Source: Podarcis melisellensis
Lineage: Eukaryota
Length of the DNA: 64,000 bases
Assembly: GCA_964234715.1 (NCBI GenBank)
Contig: OZ174276.1
Reading direction: 5' to 3' (one strand)
The position numbers and the translations under genes are program-made. Positions 1 through 32,698 of the stretch are shown here, piece after piece. Position 1 is the first letter of the stretch; every line of letters begins with the position of its first letter. The notes beneath the pieces were generated by a model that had not been told where the DNA came from, ran no database searches, and saw only the letters and a program-made list of their open reading frames with translations.

Positions 1-295
1 AAATGGAATACAATACACAAAATACAAAGTTAAAACAACTGCCATAGCACTATGCTGCATTCTTCCCTAACTCTGCCCAACTTCCAGGGTGCGCTGCACT
101 TTTTTTTTTTAATGATTTTATTGGTTTTCTATTAATCCAAAATATACAAAGACAGTTACATAACATTTTGTTACATGTGAACAGAAAATAAAATTTAAAT
201 GCACTGCAGACTTATTGGACAAGAGGGAATATTTCTTCACCCAGAAACATCTGAGAAAATAATGTACCCATAGCCCTTAGCTGCAAGGTGCTGTA

Positions 296-538
296 TAAGA
301 AGAAGAGGAGGAGCAGTTTGGATTTGATATCCCGCTTTATCACTACCCGAAGGAGTCTCAAAGCGGCTAACATTCTCCTTTCCCTTCCTCCCCCACAACA
401 AACACTCTCTGTGGTGAGTGGGGCTGAGAGACTTCAGAGAAGTGCGACTAGCCCAAGGTCACCCAGCAGCTGCATGTGGAGGAGCGGAGACGCGAACCCA
501 GTTCCCCAGATTACGAGACTCTTAACCACCACACCACA
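296..538 (-). mobile_element. tRNA-derived SINE (Squam3-like, L2-type tail)
   Basis: The minus strand begins with a tRNA-like head (gtggtgtggtggttaagag...gggttcg), has a gtgaccttgggctagtc core and ends in a (CTT/CCT)n tail. Family name is from recognition only. Confidence 0.7.
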
Positions 539-1976
539 AGAATACTGAGTCTTGAATCTATGCTGCATTCAAAACCAAAATGAGAAAGGGTACATGTCCA
601 CAGTATTTGGAGTCTAATCCATCTATTTTCTGCACTCATATATTGGCAATACCTGAATCTGCATTAGATGTAGAAGCCAGATGGCTCCTTGCATATATCC
701 TGTCATAGACACTAGCTTTTGACTAAGTAGCCCTGTAAGTTGCACTCATTCCCTATCCAGAGCTAACAGTGATAGTACTGAAACAATTTTAAAAGTAGGG
801 AAACATTCAATGTTAAGTATCATTGTCAACATGTCTCAATGGCAGCAATAAATCTAGGAGGGCGAAGAAAAAGAACCTGTTCTCTCTGAAAGGAGCTGAA
901 AATGGAAAGTACCCTTGAAGAGAGTTGTAAAACATTAAACCCTGGTTTTTTTCTAAATAAAGCACATGGCTACTACAGCACCTCTGCATATTTTCTTTCT
1001 TAGTTCTGGTAGCAAATTTCTGGCTATAATCATACCATTGGATCATCTAGCCCTGAATTGTCTCTGTGGCTGACAGCTGTTGTTTAGGACCACTTACTGA
1101 TTTTTCTGTCTCACTCTTTGTATTTCATCTAGTGCTTCTATGTACCTTTTGAGATGGCAAAAAGAGGGGAGGTTCAGTTCTTGTGACCTATGGAAGGTGG
1201 AGCTCACCTTAGGAATGTAGGACAGATCTATTCTGTTTACTTTGTCTTTCTGAAAAATGCAGAGATTGCCCTGAACTTACAAGGTACTTAAATCCATCAC
1301 CTTTCTGACTAATGTGAAGCAGATACTTTGAACATAAGCAATCGTATGGGAACAGAGGCCAGGGGCTTGAGTAGTTAAGATGGAGAGAGCCTTATGAAGA
1401 TTCCCTAAGAAAACACTGAAAGGGGGTTGACAAAAAAGATGGAAGAAATCAGCAAGCACAGAGGACAGAGAAGGAGAAAGAATGTCTGTCTGGACTGGCA
1501 GTTAAAACAAGATGCCAAGACAGGAAGGAAGAGGATTCAAAGTAATCAATGAGGTTTCCTGCGTGGGCTGCAAGACAGACTTAAACCCAGCAGCGTCTGT
1601 GTGGCTAATCTGCCAGGAAAATACCTGCTGGTTAATCTTTTTCTTTGTTTTGTGCACCAATGATTAAAACTGGGACTTTCTGCATGTAAAGCATGAGCTT
1701 TACAACTTAGCTATGCCCCCTCGAAACTACTACACAAGGCCCTAACAGCATTATGGCAAAAACCTGTTTTTCATAAAAGAAAACCAAGGCAGGTATGTTT
1801 CTTCCTCCAGATAGAAGATATACCAAAATCTGTTACCACTTGAGAGCTATTATAACTGCTAGCAGCTATCTTGGTCCCTCTCAGACCTTGGGATTAAAAA
1901 CAGTATTAACACAAAGATCACTACTATCATGCTAAGAAACATAAGGTCACACAACAATAACTCAACAGGTACCTAC

Positions 1977-21329
<19,353 letters not shown>

Positions 21330-21672
21330 TTATGACTGCAAACATCACCAAACTAAGAAGCAAAACTACATGTTGTACACATCTGAGAGCATCTTCACTT
21401 GCAATCAAAATTCAGGTAACCTAGGTAATCAGCCAATGCTTGCTTATATTTGTACAAGCCAGATGGCAAATTGGTATTTGAGGCCCACAAAAGACAGGAT
21501 TCATTTAGATCCATAACTCTGTGAGGTGGGCAAGATGGAGAGACAGTGATTTGCACAAACATCATAGATGGAGTGATTTCCCATGTACCAGAAAAACTAT
21601 ACAATATTGCACCTGGACTTCACATGCATAAGTTGCTATACTTCTCCACAAGCACAAATGTGACCGCTTAAG

Positions 21673-22011
21673 CAGTGTTAGAAACTGATATATCATGCCA
21701 GCTTAAACCTAGGATATGGATGCAAAAATGGAATGTCTGGGCACACTTTTTATAACAATACAAAGCTGAAAATAAATGAACTGCAGCTAAAATATTTCCC
21801 ATGGTCTGAAATATTTCACATGGTCTGATCCTCCAGTCTTCAGAGAGTAGCTGGAAGTGGGGAAGCAGAAAAAGGTCTTCCTTTCCTTCCACTCTGAAGT
21901 TTTAATCTGAAACCTTAGGCACAGTACTGCACCCAGAGCTTAGCAACTGCTTACACTAATGAAATTCCCTGTCGCAAAAGGCGCCTAGAACAATGGGAGT
22001 TTTGAACACTG
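21673..22011. mobile_element. Non-autonomous hAT element (CAGTGTT family), copy 2
   Basis: Same TIRs. TSD cgcttaag/tgcttaag. Interior homologous to 43718-44153. Confidence 0.85.
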
Positions 22012-23049
22012 TGCTTAAGACAATATAAATGAAAACATCTAAAAATAAGTTTTACCAAAAAAGATATGCAACAGAGCAAGGTCCTTAGAAAGTGCTAGAA
22101 AACCCATTTTTGGCAGCATAGTCAAGATCTATGTATGACTCATCAGAGAGCATCCATAGAACATGGGAGGAACTTGCTCAAGGCTCTCCCCTATGGCAAT
22201 ATATAGTAGACAGGTTTCACTGAAATAAATGAAAGATATTATACCTAAAGATAGCAAAGGATGATGTGAGGGATGACTTTTATATTAGTAATCACCCATG
22301 TATCATACTACAGTATATAATGCCTAATTGTTACCCATTTGTTGCATGCAATTCTGACAACTTCCGGCAATGTTCTGCTTCTAAGACATATTTTCTAAGG
22401 TCTAAATATGCTATTTTGTATCAAGCAAAATGTTTTTCCTCATATAGATCACCTATTATTGTTTTGATTTCCACATGAAATGTAACTGCACAGCTTCCAC
22501 AAGCATCCACTTAATAAGGCCTCGGACACAACACTGCACAATCCAATACCTATAACTGTGCGTTTGTGACTCTTCAAAATGTATTAGAGGTTGAGTGCTC
22601 CACAACTATTACACTCAAGTGTGAGAGTACTCACCTCCCTTTAAAAAAATCCAGTTGATACCCAGAAACTACCCGCTCATACATACAAATCATTTTGTAA
22701 GCTTTTCACTCCCCTCTATTCCAATTTTGATTTTTGAAGGAGTGAACAGTTATGATCAACAAGCAGGGCTATTTTGCTTCCATTACATTGGGACTGGACA
22801 TACTCTTAATACTTCAGAATGAGGGCATGAAAGAGGACCGTGCAAAGACTCCACATAGTTGGGGAGACACGTGCTTACAGCAAGGAAATGGAGTACTGTA
22901 CAAGGTATCAGGCGAGAGCCAACAAGAGCCGAGCCAAAATGCGGGACTCTCCAGCACATCTATTCCAATTCCAGATTTTAACCTTATCTTCCGTCATCTC
23001 AGAGATGTAAATATCAGAGGTGACAGATCAACCAACAGTTTCTAATCAC

Positions 23050-24520
23050 CAAACGGAAGGCCGCCGCACCCCCCGCCCATGCTTAAGAGGCTGTGTGCTT
23101 TTAAGTACCAGCTGCCTTCTGGGTGGGGACGAAACGTATAATGGGAGATGGATGGTTTGAGCTTTCTAGTCGCTTTTAGAAACAAGGCGCTGGACTGGAG
23201 GGACCTTTGATCTGGTCCGCCGGGGCTCTTTCTGTTTAAGCGTGTGCCGGGCGAACAGTTCTTCGGCGAGGCTCTCCCGGCTCCCGCCTTGGGCTCTGCA
23301 GCACCACCTCCCACACAGAGGAAGCGTGAGAAGCGCAGCTGCCCAGGGCCCCGCTGACCACCGCGGAAGCCCTCACGCCCCTCCCTCAAAGCCATGTTGG
23401 GCCGGAGCAGCCCAGCAGCTTAGCCGGCAACGTCTCGCCCCAATCAGATCAGGCCCGGCCAACTCGGTCCCCCCCCCCGCCCGCCTCGCCGCCCACGACC
23501 GGGCCGTTTCAGATTCCGCCCCACTCCCGCCCTGCCTCCTCAGCCGCTGGGCGACCTAACCCCCGCCAGCCAGCCACCCGCCCAAGCCCGGCTCCTTGAA
23601 GGCTTCGCCTTCGCGAAATCCCTGCCTAGGCCGAAGCCGGGGGAGCCTCGCGCCATCCCCTCACACGCCCGCTCACGGCGCGCCCCAACCACCGAGCTTC
23701 CCACGCGCGCCCAGGGAACCCCGGCGCTGTACCTGCCCGGTTCCCGCGTGCCCAGGTTCAGGCCGCGGCTTCGGCGCCGAAGGAGGGAAGAAGAAGGTGG
23801 GGGCGGCAAGACGAACGCGACACGCGGGCGATGAGCCGGGCCGGCCGCCGTCTCTGCCGCTCACGTGACTAAGACCAACAGGGAAAAAAGAAAAGAAAAA
23901 GGGGAGGAGCGGAGGACCCGCTCGCGCACTTCTATAGACGAGGGCAAAGCAAGCACGTCACGTGGCTCGGGAGAAAGGGCGGTAGCCACGCCCTCTCCTC
24001 CCTCCGTCCACTAGTCCGGATGGAAGCGCGACGCCTTGAGGCAGGTGGCTGACGTCATGTCGCGCAACCTAACTTGGCCGCTGATGAAGCGCTACAAAGC
24101 CAGACGGCGGGAGGCTTGATTCTGTCGCCCAGCTGCACGTTGTCACCCCGAAGAGATTTCGTTTCGCTTGTTTTTAAAGTTTTCCTTCCGGTGCAAACTT
24201 CCGTTGGCTGGGGAAAAAAACTAATAGCTTCGCGTCTACCTAAAAACGCAAGCAAACAGTTCTTTTTCCAAGAGCCACCGGGCGCCTTTCCGTGCTCAGT
24301 GTAGCAGGCGGTGTCACCGAAGGGAAAAAGGAGTTCAAGCGGCCGTTGGGCTAGGGAGGCTGTCCCCGCCCACGTGGCCGGGCTGGCGCGTCTAGCCTGA
24401 CCCGGACTCCGAGCCGGACGGGGTGGCGCCGCCTTTTGTCGGTATAAGACATGAGGGGGCGCTTCTGGAGTCTCGTGGATGCATATTTCTGGAGGAGGGG
24501 GCGGAGGTGTGCCCATTACG
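23050..24520 (-). promoter_or_regulatory. CpG island, TNPO2 promoter and probable non-coding first exon
   Basis: High CpG density. Minus-strand donor CAG|gtacag near 23731. TCACGTGAC E-box at 23861, overlapping CRE/E-box cacgtcacgtg near 23954, palindromic CRE TGACGTCA at 24050-24057, GC boxes. Confidence 0.8.
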
Positions 24521-24899
24521 TTCTACGGAGAATATGCAGTGCTATCTTCAAATAATGTTGGCAGAGAAACGTAAAAAGATTACAGAGTTGGGAGCGATCA
24601 AACAAACCACACGGGGAGCAGCCCCGTGCAAGCAACAGATCATGGCCGCCTGCTCAAAGATGGGCAAAACCAGGGCTTTCCCAGGGCAACCCAAAGTGAC
24701 TACGGTCATACCTAGGGTTACGAACGCTGTGGGTTGTGTGTTTTTGGATTGCAGACTGCGCCGTACCTGGAAGTATCAGAACGGGTTACTTCCTGGTTTT
24801 GGTGCATGCACAGAAACACCAAATCATGTCGCGCATCTGCGCACACTGAGCACTGCAGGTTGTAAATGTGCCTGCTGCACGGATCACGTTTGCAAGGTA

Positions 24900-25229
24900 A
24901 GGGTGGCGCTCTGGGTTAAACCACAGAGCCTAGGGCTTGCTGATCATAAGGTCAGTGGTTTGAATCCCCACGACGGGGTGAGCTCCCGTTGATCGGTCCC
25001 TGCTCCTGCCAACTTAGCAGTTCGAAAGCACGCCAAAAAGTGCAATTAGATAAATAGGTACCACTCCGGCGGGAAGGTAAACAGTGTTTCTGTGCGCTGT
25101 TCTGATTCGCCAGAAGCAACTTAGTCATGCTGGCCACATGACCCGGAAGCTGTATGCCAGCTCCCTCGGCCAGTAAAGAAAGATGAGCGCCACAACTGGA
25201 CCTAACGTTCAGGGGTCCCTTTACCTTTA
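24900..25229 (+). mobile_element. Sauria SINE (Squam1), next to a degraded MITE remnant (about 24700-24899)
   Basis: Head gggtggcgctctgggttaaaccacagagcc, ggccacatgacccggaagc core, (ACCTTT)n tail. Confidence 0.88.
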
Positions 25230-26019
25230 TATATAGATACATTAAAACCCAGAGGAAAAATACATTAAATACTTCCCACCTACTTTTAAAAGGCCACAGA
25301 TGGTCAAAGGCCAAAGGTCATGTTACTCCCATAGTCTGCTCTGGAAAACCCACCAGAGCAGATTTCGAGAGCACATGGCAGGATGGGGGAAGAGTTGGAG
25401 AGGATGGGAAGTCTATATGAATGAACAGCAGTGTTGGATACAACTTATGATGAACATTACAGAAAACTCAAGGGCTCATAGTAAAAATTCACTGTCATAT
25501 AAGTAGTATTTTCATATCCCGCTTTTCCTCCCAAGCACTCAAGATGATAGATACGGTTCTCTACCCCCCGCATTTAATCCTCACAGCAATCCTGTATGAT
25601 AGAGTAGGCAGAAAGGCAGTGTGTTGCCCAAGATCACCCAGTGGGCTTCGCGGGGAGGGGGCGTTGAACCCTGGTCTCCTAATCCGGAACAAATCAATGC
25701 ACCAAGCAGGATTTAGACAGTTTAAACTTTACACGTAATATTGAAGTAAGATTCTCCTGGTTCAGATGTGATCCTCAGCCCGAGCACTCAAGAACAACTC
25801 GGTTGGTTGGTCTACCTTTTTATGCTATTTACTTCCGACATAATGTAGATCGCAACCGAAACATGGAAATTAGTAATTAGATGAATAGTTATGGATTTAA
25901 ACTCTGCTGCGCATAGAAATGTTCAGATTTAATTAAAGCTACGCTGTAATACCGTTTGAAGGTGCTTCTTTTGTTTATCGCTGCCTATCGGAATTCCAGT
26001 TTACCTTTCCGTCTATTTT

Positions 26020-26570
26020 CCGCTGCTACGCCCTATCCCTCCGCGGTCGGGTTGCTTCACACTGCGCAAGCGCGGAGATCCAGTCTTTAGAACTACATTT
26101 CCCGATAAGACTTGCGACACGCCGCTCCTCCCCTGCGCCCCCTCCCATTCCGGAGCTGGGGGAGGGAGGTTGCCCGGGCCGGACCCGGCAGCGGCCCCGA
26201 GCGGGCGGGCTCGGGCGAGCATGGGGGGCTGCCTTTCCTCGCAGGCGGCCGATGACCTGTCGCTGCTCAACGACTCTACCGGCGACGGGGCGAGCCTTGG
26301 GCCTGGGGATCCGTCTCCACCGCCCATCCCTGTCCCGCCGCCCCCCTACCAGGTAGCGGGGCGGGGGTTGCGGGGCAGAGGGCGAAAGGGGGGCTGTGGG
26401 GCGGGTTCCCCCAGGCCTCGCCGACTGCGGTGCTGGGCGTCGGGGCCAGCCCTGGGTAGCCTACGGGGTTCTGCTACGCAAGGGAGTAGGAAGCCGACAT
26501 ATGGGGCGAGGAAATTCGGGTGGCATTTTGGGGGTGGGCAGGGGTCGGGTATTGGCTTTGGCTTCGGGTT
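26020..26570 (+). promoter_or_regulatory. CpG island and promoter of the RNF11-like gene, with ZNF143/THAP11-associated ACTACATTTCCC motif
   Basis: CpG-dense. ACTACATTTCCC at 26092-26103, about 120 bp upstream of ATG 26221. Confidence 0.75.
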
Positions 26571-29500
26571 CTTGGGATAAGTAGGGCGGGGTGAGCTGGA
26601 ACAGTAGCTATAGAAAGAAACTGGGATAACAGATTAGGATGGAGACCCCCGACCTCATCCAGGTATGCTAAGGAGACACAAGAATGGGGCTTGATGCCCT
26701 CTCGCCTTACAGTCACCTAGAGAGTAGATGTTACTGGGGTGAGTTAAGCCCATTATTGGCTTGGGAATGGATGTACAAGGTTGAGCAGGAGACAGAGCAG
26801 TGTCAAGCACAGAAAGATAATATTTTTGCACTGCCATTAGTATTGCCCTTTAACCTTTGGACTGTGGTGTGTGAGTCTGAGGTCATAGGTCAAGGGTCTC
26901 TCAAAAAGCTATGGAAACATGAGTTGTGTGACTAGGGTTGGGGTCGTGGTGGGCATTCAGGGTGAAGAACTCAAAGTCATGAGTCAGTTATAGAAGATAA
27001 GAACTGGGGAGCAGAAATAGTGTGGTGTGATTTATAAGAATGAGCTGTGGATCTGAAGTGAGGAGACCCAAATTCATGTTGAGCTGTGAACTGCTCCACA
27101 TGATGAAGTATACAACTTATAATGTAGAATGTAAATGTGACAGGACCTGCTTTGAAGTACAGGCATCATACAGGTATGTTTGTCGGTGGGCCAAGATTGA
27201 CTGCAGCCCCACAAATTGTATGTTTGGTGGCAAACCTGGGTTAATGTGGGAAATGGCTCTCAATGAGCAGTACAGTATTGAACATAACCAATCAATTACT
27301 AAATAGGCTTGGTTGAAAATGAATGTTTAGACTCCAGGCTATCTTATGCTAGGTGTGCTTTCACCCATCCTGACAAATCTTTAGAAGATGTTGAGATCCA
27401 GGCTGTGGTAACCAGGAACGCAGAGTCAGATTACGTAACACCACCATCTCTTTCTGCAGAAAAATGACATAGAGCACGCATGATTGTTATGTCTTGTCCA
27501 TTTCAACAGTTGTCCTGTGTGCCTTTGATATTTGCTTTCCCATGTCTGAGGTTTCTTGTGGAGCAGCTGCATGTTTCTCTGGCATTTTTGCAAGCTGCCA
27601 TACCTGCAGAGTAGCATTCTCCAATGTGGGGACAGACAGTCTATGGAAGAAGAATTAGGAAAAACTGAGGGACATTCTGGTGGTTTCATCCTGTTTTAAA
27701 CCTGGGGAAGGTAAAGGCAGCACAAACTTAGTTTAAAAGGGTGGCTAGAACAAAACATCAGGATTCCATATCTCAAAGTACCAGAGTGGATCTTGGGAAG
27801 ATGGCTGTTAGAATGTGTGGGGAATTTATTCACATTAATTTCAGAAACTCTTTGGGTTACCTCCTGAAACATACAGGCAGCAGATTAGACAAATGAAAAA
27901 CCTGCTTCACAAACACAAAAATCCCTACACTATTATATCATAGATTGCTTTCTAAAGGAAATAAACAAATGATAAATACACTGAGGAATTTCCATATTTA
28001 AGAAGAGTGTACCACAGATGATTGGATAATGTTTACTAACAACACAGAATGGATGTTCTGCTTCTGAACTTCTTTAGCTTTTGACTGGCCACTTGTAGAC
28101 AAAATGCTGAATTAGGTAGGCTATTGATTTCAGCCAGCACTGCAATTCTTGTGTCCCAAATCTTGATTGGGGCAGTGTTCCTAACAATTATCATCTGCTT
28201 TAGAGACCAGTAATTTAATGCATCTCTATGGGGGCAACTTGCAATTTGCTAAAATGTCTTCATTTTAAACACAGTGGCTTGGGAGCAAGGGCATTCTGCT
28301 GCATGAAAGCAATTGGGGGCATGGGCATTCCAAGCTAACAGTATATTATTGGACCACTGTCTCACAATAAATGTTTGTCTAGATACATCCCAAAATAGAG
28401 GAGCAAGAGATGGATCTGATTGTTTCATGGTGAGTTAATTAGTTCTGCAAGGATCCCAACACCAGAGTCCAGAGCAGACAGAAGGGGTTCTTCTGCATCT
28501 GCAAATGATGCACTTGCTGTTTAGTTAGCAATTGCTGGCTCACTCCCCTGTAAAAACTTAAAATGCCAATCAGAAACATGACAGCACCATGATTTAGCCC
28601 ATCTGGTGTACTACAGAGTAGATATTATCTGACAGTTTCAGCTTGCATATGCCGAAAAGTTAAGTATGTAAATGTAGGAGCCTGCAGGGTTATTTACTTT
28701 TGCCACATTTGTGGAAATATGTTGAATAACTAGCTCTACTGGAGTAATATAGGGGTCTGTGAAGAAAGAATAGTTGACAGCTGAATTGCCTTATGTTGAA
28801 TGTGGGTTTATCTCCATTTGATTACTGGCTGGTTACAAGAGTAGCAATCACTCAGCCACTCTGTCTTCTGAATTTCTAGGAACATGCACCAATTCCAGTA
28901 TATCACCCAACGCCCAGCCAGGCACGTCTTGCCACACAACTAACAGAAGAGGAGCAGATCCGTATAGCTCAGAGGATTGGGCTGATTCAACATCTTCCCA
29001 AAGGAATATTTGATCCAGGCACAGAGCCATCAGAAAAGAAAATCAAAGAGTATGTTTTCCATGTGCAATGCTTTGTGTTTATCCAGTTCACTGAGACTAT
29101 TTGCTAGTAGATGCATATATAGCCTTTATATCCCACTGACAGTGTGTAGCAATTCCCTTTCCAAAATGGAATATGGGTATATTGTACTGTCCAATTCTTG
29201 GTTTTAAAAAATGATGACTTTAGGCATAAAAAGATTGACTATCCCTGGTCTGATTCCTGGTCAATCACTACCAGTTAAGACTGCATTATTTTTCATTTAT
29301 TTATTCGTTCTCTCAGTTTTGGAGAAGTTCTTTTAGAGCTTTTCACAATCCCTTTATGATTTAAACACCCTGAACAACTTAGTGTCATGAGCAAACTTGG
29401 CCACCTAACTGGCCTAGCTTGTTTTTTTTTTTAATAGAAAAAAGTACAGGTCCCAATACTAATTCTTGTGGGACTCCACTTTCTGTCTGCTTTAGTAAGG

Positions 29501-30707
29501 TTTGTTCTTCTATATGCTTGGTCATTTTATCCTTAACAATACTCTCTACCAGTTTTTTCAGGACAGGTATTAAGGTAACCAGCCTGTAATTTCTAGGATT
29601 CCCCCTGGATCCCATTTTAAAAATTAGTGTCACATTGGCTACTTTTGTCTTCAGGTGTGGAGGTTGATCTTTGGGACAATATACAGTGGTACCTCAGGTT
29701 ACAGACGCTTCAGGTTACAGATGCTTCAGGTTACAGACTCCGCTAACCCAGAAATAATACCTTGGGTTAAAAACTTTGCTTCAGGATGAGAAGAGAAATT
29801 GCATGGTGATGGGAGGCCCAATTAGCTAAAGTGGTACCTCAGGTTAAGAACAGTTTCAGGTTAAGAATGGACCTCTGGAATGAATTAAGTTCTTAACCCG
29901 AGGTACCACTGTACATATTTTTATTAAGTCAGAAACTTCATATTTGAGTTGAGATCTCTTGAGTAGATTCAGACCCCAATTTGCCTCAATTCCTCAGACT
30001 TCATACAAAAGTTAATTTAGGCAAAAGTTAGTTCCCCACCATCATTTTTCCAACAGAGCAATATTTTCCCCAACTATATAACACAAGGTGAAATTAACAT
30101 GCATCACATTTAAAGTGAAATATTGTTCTCTTCAGCCTCTGCATCCATCTAACCTTAAAGAGTTCTTTGTTATGAAGACAGCGGGTATTTAAAAACATCC
30201 AATAAAATGTGAATATACAACAGCAACTTTCAGCTGGGGTAATGTCCATGTTTTGGAATAGATGTAGGTGGAGGGTCATCCTTGAACCTTGGAAGTCAGA
30301 AGCAAACTATTAAAGATAGAGCGCTCTGTGTGTAACAGGCTTGCATGCTTTCCAGCACCACAACCAGTATTGGACACTGTTAAGAATGGAATAGTGAGAC
30401 TAAATGACTTGCCAGCAAGTAGTTCTTTACTGGGATACCTAAACTTACTATGTGGTGGCAAATTGGGAGAGAGAAGTATTAGAAGACATTTTAGTGTCTT
30501 TAATAACATTTCCTTTTCTCTCTGCCCGATTTCAGGTGTGTGATCTGCATGCTGGATTTTGTATACGGAGACCCCATCCGGTTCTTGCCCTGCCTGCACA
30601 TCTACCACGTTCACTGCATTGACGACTGGCTGATGCGATCATTCACCTGCCCTTCTTGCATGGAGCCAGTTGACGCTGCTCTTCTGTCCTCCTACGAGAC
30701 TAACTGA
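26221..30707 (+). CDS. RNF11-like RING-H2 E3 ubiquitin ligase (157 aa, 3 exons)
   Basis: Exons 26221-26352, 28880-29049, 30536-30707 (474 nt, GT-AG, open frame to TGA). Features: N-terminal MGGCLS (Gly2/Cys4 acylation pattern of RNF11), PPPY motif, PVYHPTPSQARLATQLTEEEQIRIAQRIGLIQHLPKG, RING-H2 CVICMLDFVYGDPIRFLPCLHIYHVHCIDDWLMRSFTCPSC, C-terminus AALLSSYETN. Symbol withheld because synteny suggests a paralog of RNF11. Confidence 0.93.
29300..29680 (-). mobile_element. CR1 LINE ORF2 fragment (degenerate)
   Basis: ORF 29385-29633 has the CR1-type motifs GNPRNYRLVTL...SGVPQELVLGPVLF. Confidence 0.75.
29684..29911. mobile_element. Tc1/mariner-type MITE
   Basis: TA TSD, TIRs cagtggtacctcaggtt / aacccgaggtaccactg. 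Confidence 0.88.
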
Positions 30708-31950
30708 GGTGGCTCGGTGCCCTGCTCTTGTTAATGCTTCCAGGCTCTGGCTGTGTGGGGGGCTGGGATGTGGCACACTCTTTTATTTGCACACTTCTGG
30801 GATACACCAAAGATCCTATGGCAGAGAATCTGATCCCAGGCCTTGATGACAACACAGAACCATTCTAGCTTGGCTGGCTGTGCTAAAGGCTGACTTGTGC
30901 CATATTTGAGAATTGTAACCAGAGTAGGTGGAGACTGGGGGCAAAATGGCAAAGCAAGAATTGTCCTTTCACTCCACCCACAAATGCTGTTTTTTTCTTT
31001 TCTTTTTAAGAAGATCAGGATTGTTCCTTAGGACTATTCTTACCCACATACCTGTTTAAATCCCCACTGAGTTATCAAGTACAGGTCTGGGGTGTTACAT
31101 GGGAGGGGACTGCAACTCTTTGACCGAAAAGAGAGAGTTGTTTAAAGCTGGCACTGGTTGCAAAGATCTTGTAATTTCAATTCCAGAAAAGGAGTTTTGG
31201 CATTGTCACACCAACTCTGGTTGGTTTGTGGCAGAATCTGGAGTTTTGAGAAGTGTGTGGTTTTTTTATAAAGCATTTCTCCGTTACCCCACAAATGCTT
31301 CTTTTAACCAGGTGGGAAACAAGCGTCTTTAAAAGCTTGGCCACTATTGAAATCTTACCCAGTAGCACTTGTGCTACAATGCACAAAACAAGTCTAAGGG
31401 GTTTGTCTCAGTTCTTTGTGGGGGCAATTTGGAGCAGTGACCTTGGCGGGGACTTGAGGTTGATTTCTGTAGTTGGAGTCGGGGTGCTTCTGTTTAAAAG
31501 GTTCATGTTTCAACTAAGAGTGAACGATACATACTTTTCACTTCCTCTCTTCTGCTTGTAAAGATTTTAAGATGCTTTTAAGGTGAAGGAGACAGAAGAG
31601 TTATTTGTTAAATAACAGCTTTTTAGTAAGTTAGTGATGAAGTACAAAAGCCTCCTCTACAGATGGTGGGTGAAGGCATTCAAGTGCACTATTGTAAAGG
31701 GTAAAGAAACTGTTTGTTTGCCCAATGTTTACTCTGTTTGCCTTACACAAAATGAAGACTCTTGTCCCATAAGAAACTGCTAGCGATTAATGCCATGCAG
31801 CAAGCCCACTGTTTGGAAAGGCTTCCCTTAGTCATGCTGTTTATTGCCTTGCAAGTGGAGAGGCGTGAAAGTGCTTTTCTGATTATGCATTGTCCTTAAC
31901 AAGGATCTAGCACTTGAAAGTAAAACTGATGTGTGTTGCATTCAAATGGA

Positions 31951-31956
31951 AATAAA
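31951..31956 (+). terminator. Probable polyadenylation signal of the RNF11-like gene
   Basis: AATAAA about 1.25 kb after the stop, at the end of a repeat-free UTR-like stretch. Confidence 0.55.
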
Positions 31957-32698
31957 ATAGATTGCATATAATCCCTTGTAGAAATAAGTATTTGGGCAAA
32001 GCGGACTGCTCATATCCCTTTTCTTCCATCACTCTTTCCAGCTAAGATGAATGTCAGCAGCACTTGACAAGGAGAATTCTTCTACTGGTCAATCATCAGT
32101 GTTTCTTTTCTGTACTACCTTTTGTCTTTTGCAAAAGATGGACTTGGTGTTTAGTCCATTTTTGATCAGGCATAATTTTAGAGTTGCAAGGTCCATGCTG
32201 AGACTTGGCCCTTCCTCTTTCCTTATTGTCCCAGGAAAGGAATAGCAGCAGCTGCTTTCTAAGCTACATCACAAACCACTTTTCAATAGCAGGATCCCAA
32301 GGGTAGTGAGCAGAGAAGCAGCTGTAGCCCAGTTCCCTAGAGAGCTTTCTTGCCTTGAAGGAACAGCAACAATTAATAAGGAGCAGTGTAGTTGTTAAAG
32401 GGATGACAGGAGATGGGAAATGGAGTAGAGCAGTAGATAAGATTCAAACTATGTTCCTGAAGGCTGCTTCTCCTGCAGTCACATCAGGGCCTGATTTGTA
32501 GCTGGTTTGCTACAAGTTTCATATTTACCTTTGCAACTGTCATCTTAAGTATAAAGTGAGAAATACTTTCAACGCATGCTTGCACCAAATAGCAGGGGGG
32601 AGAGGAATGTAGAAGTAGAAAAAATAATAATGGCAGGGATGAAATTTTTAAAAACTCATATTGTCTCCCCAAAGGTGGAGAGGCATCTCTAATTCAAT

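Noticed and set aside
24423-24992. 189-aa ORF upstream of the RNF11-like gene
   Set aside because: Runs through the CpG-island edge, a MITE remnant and a Sauria SINE head; chimeric repeat sequence.
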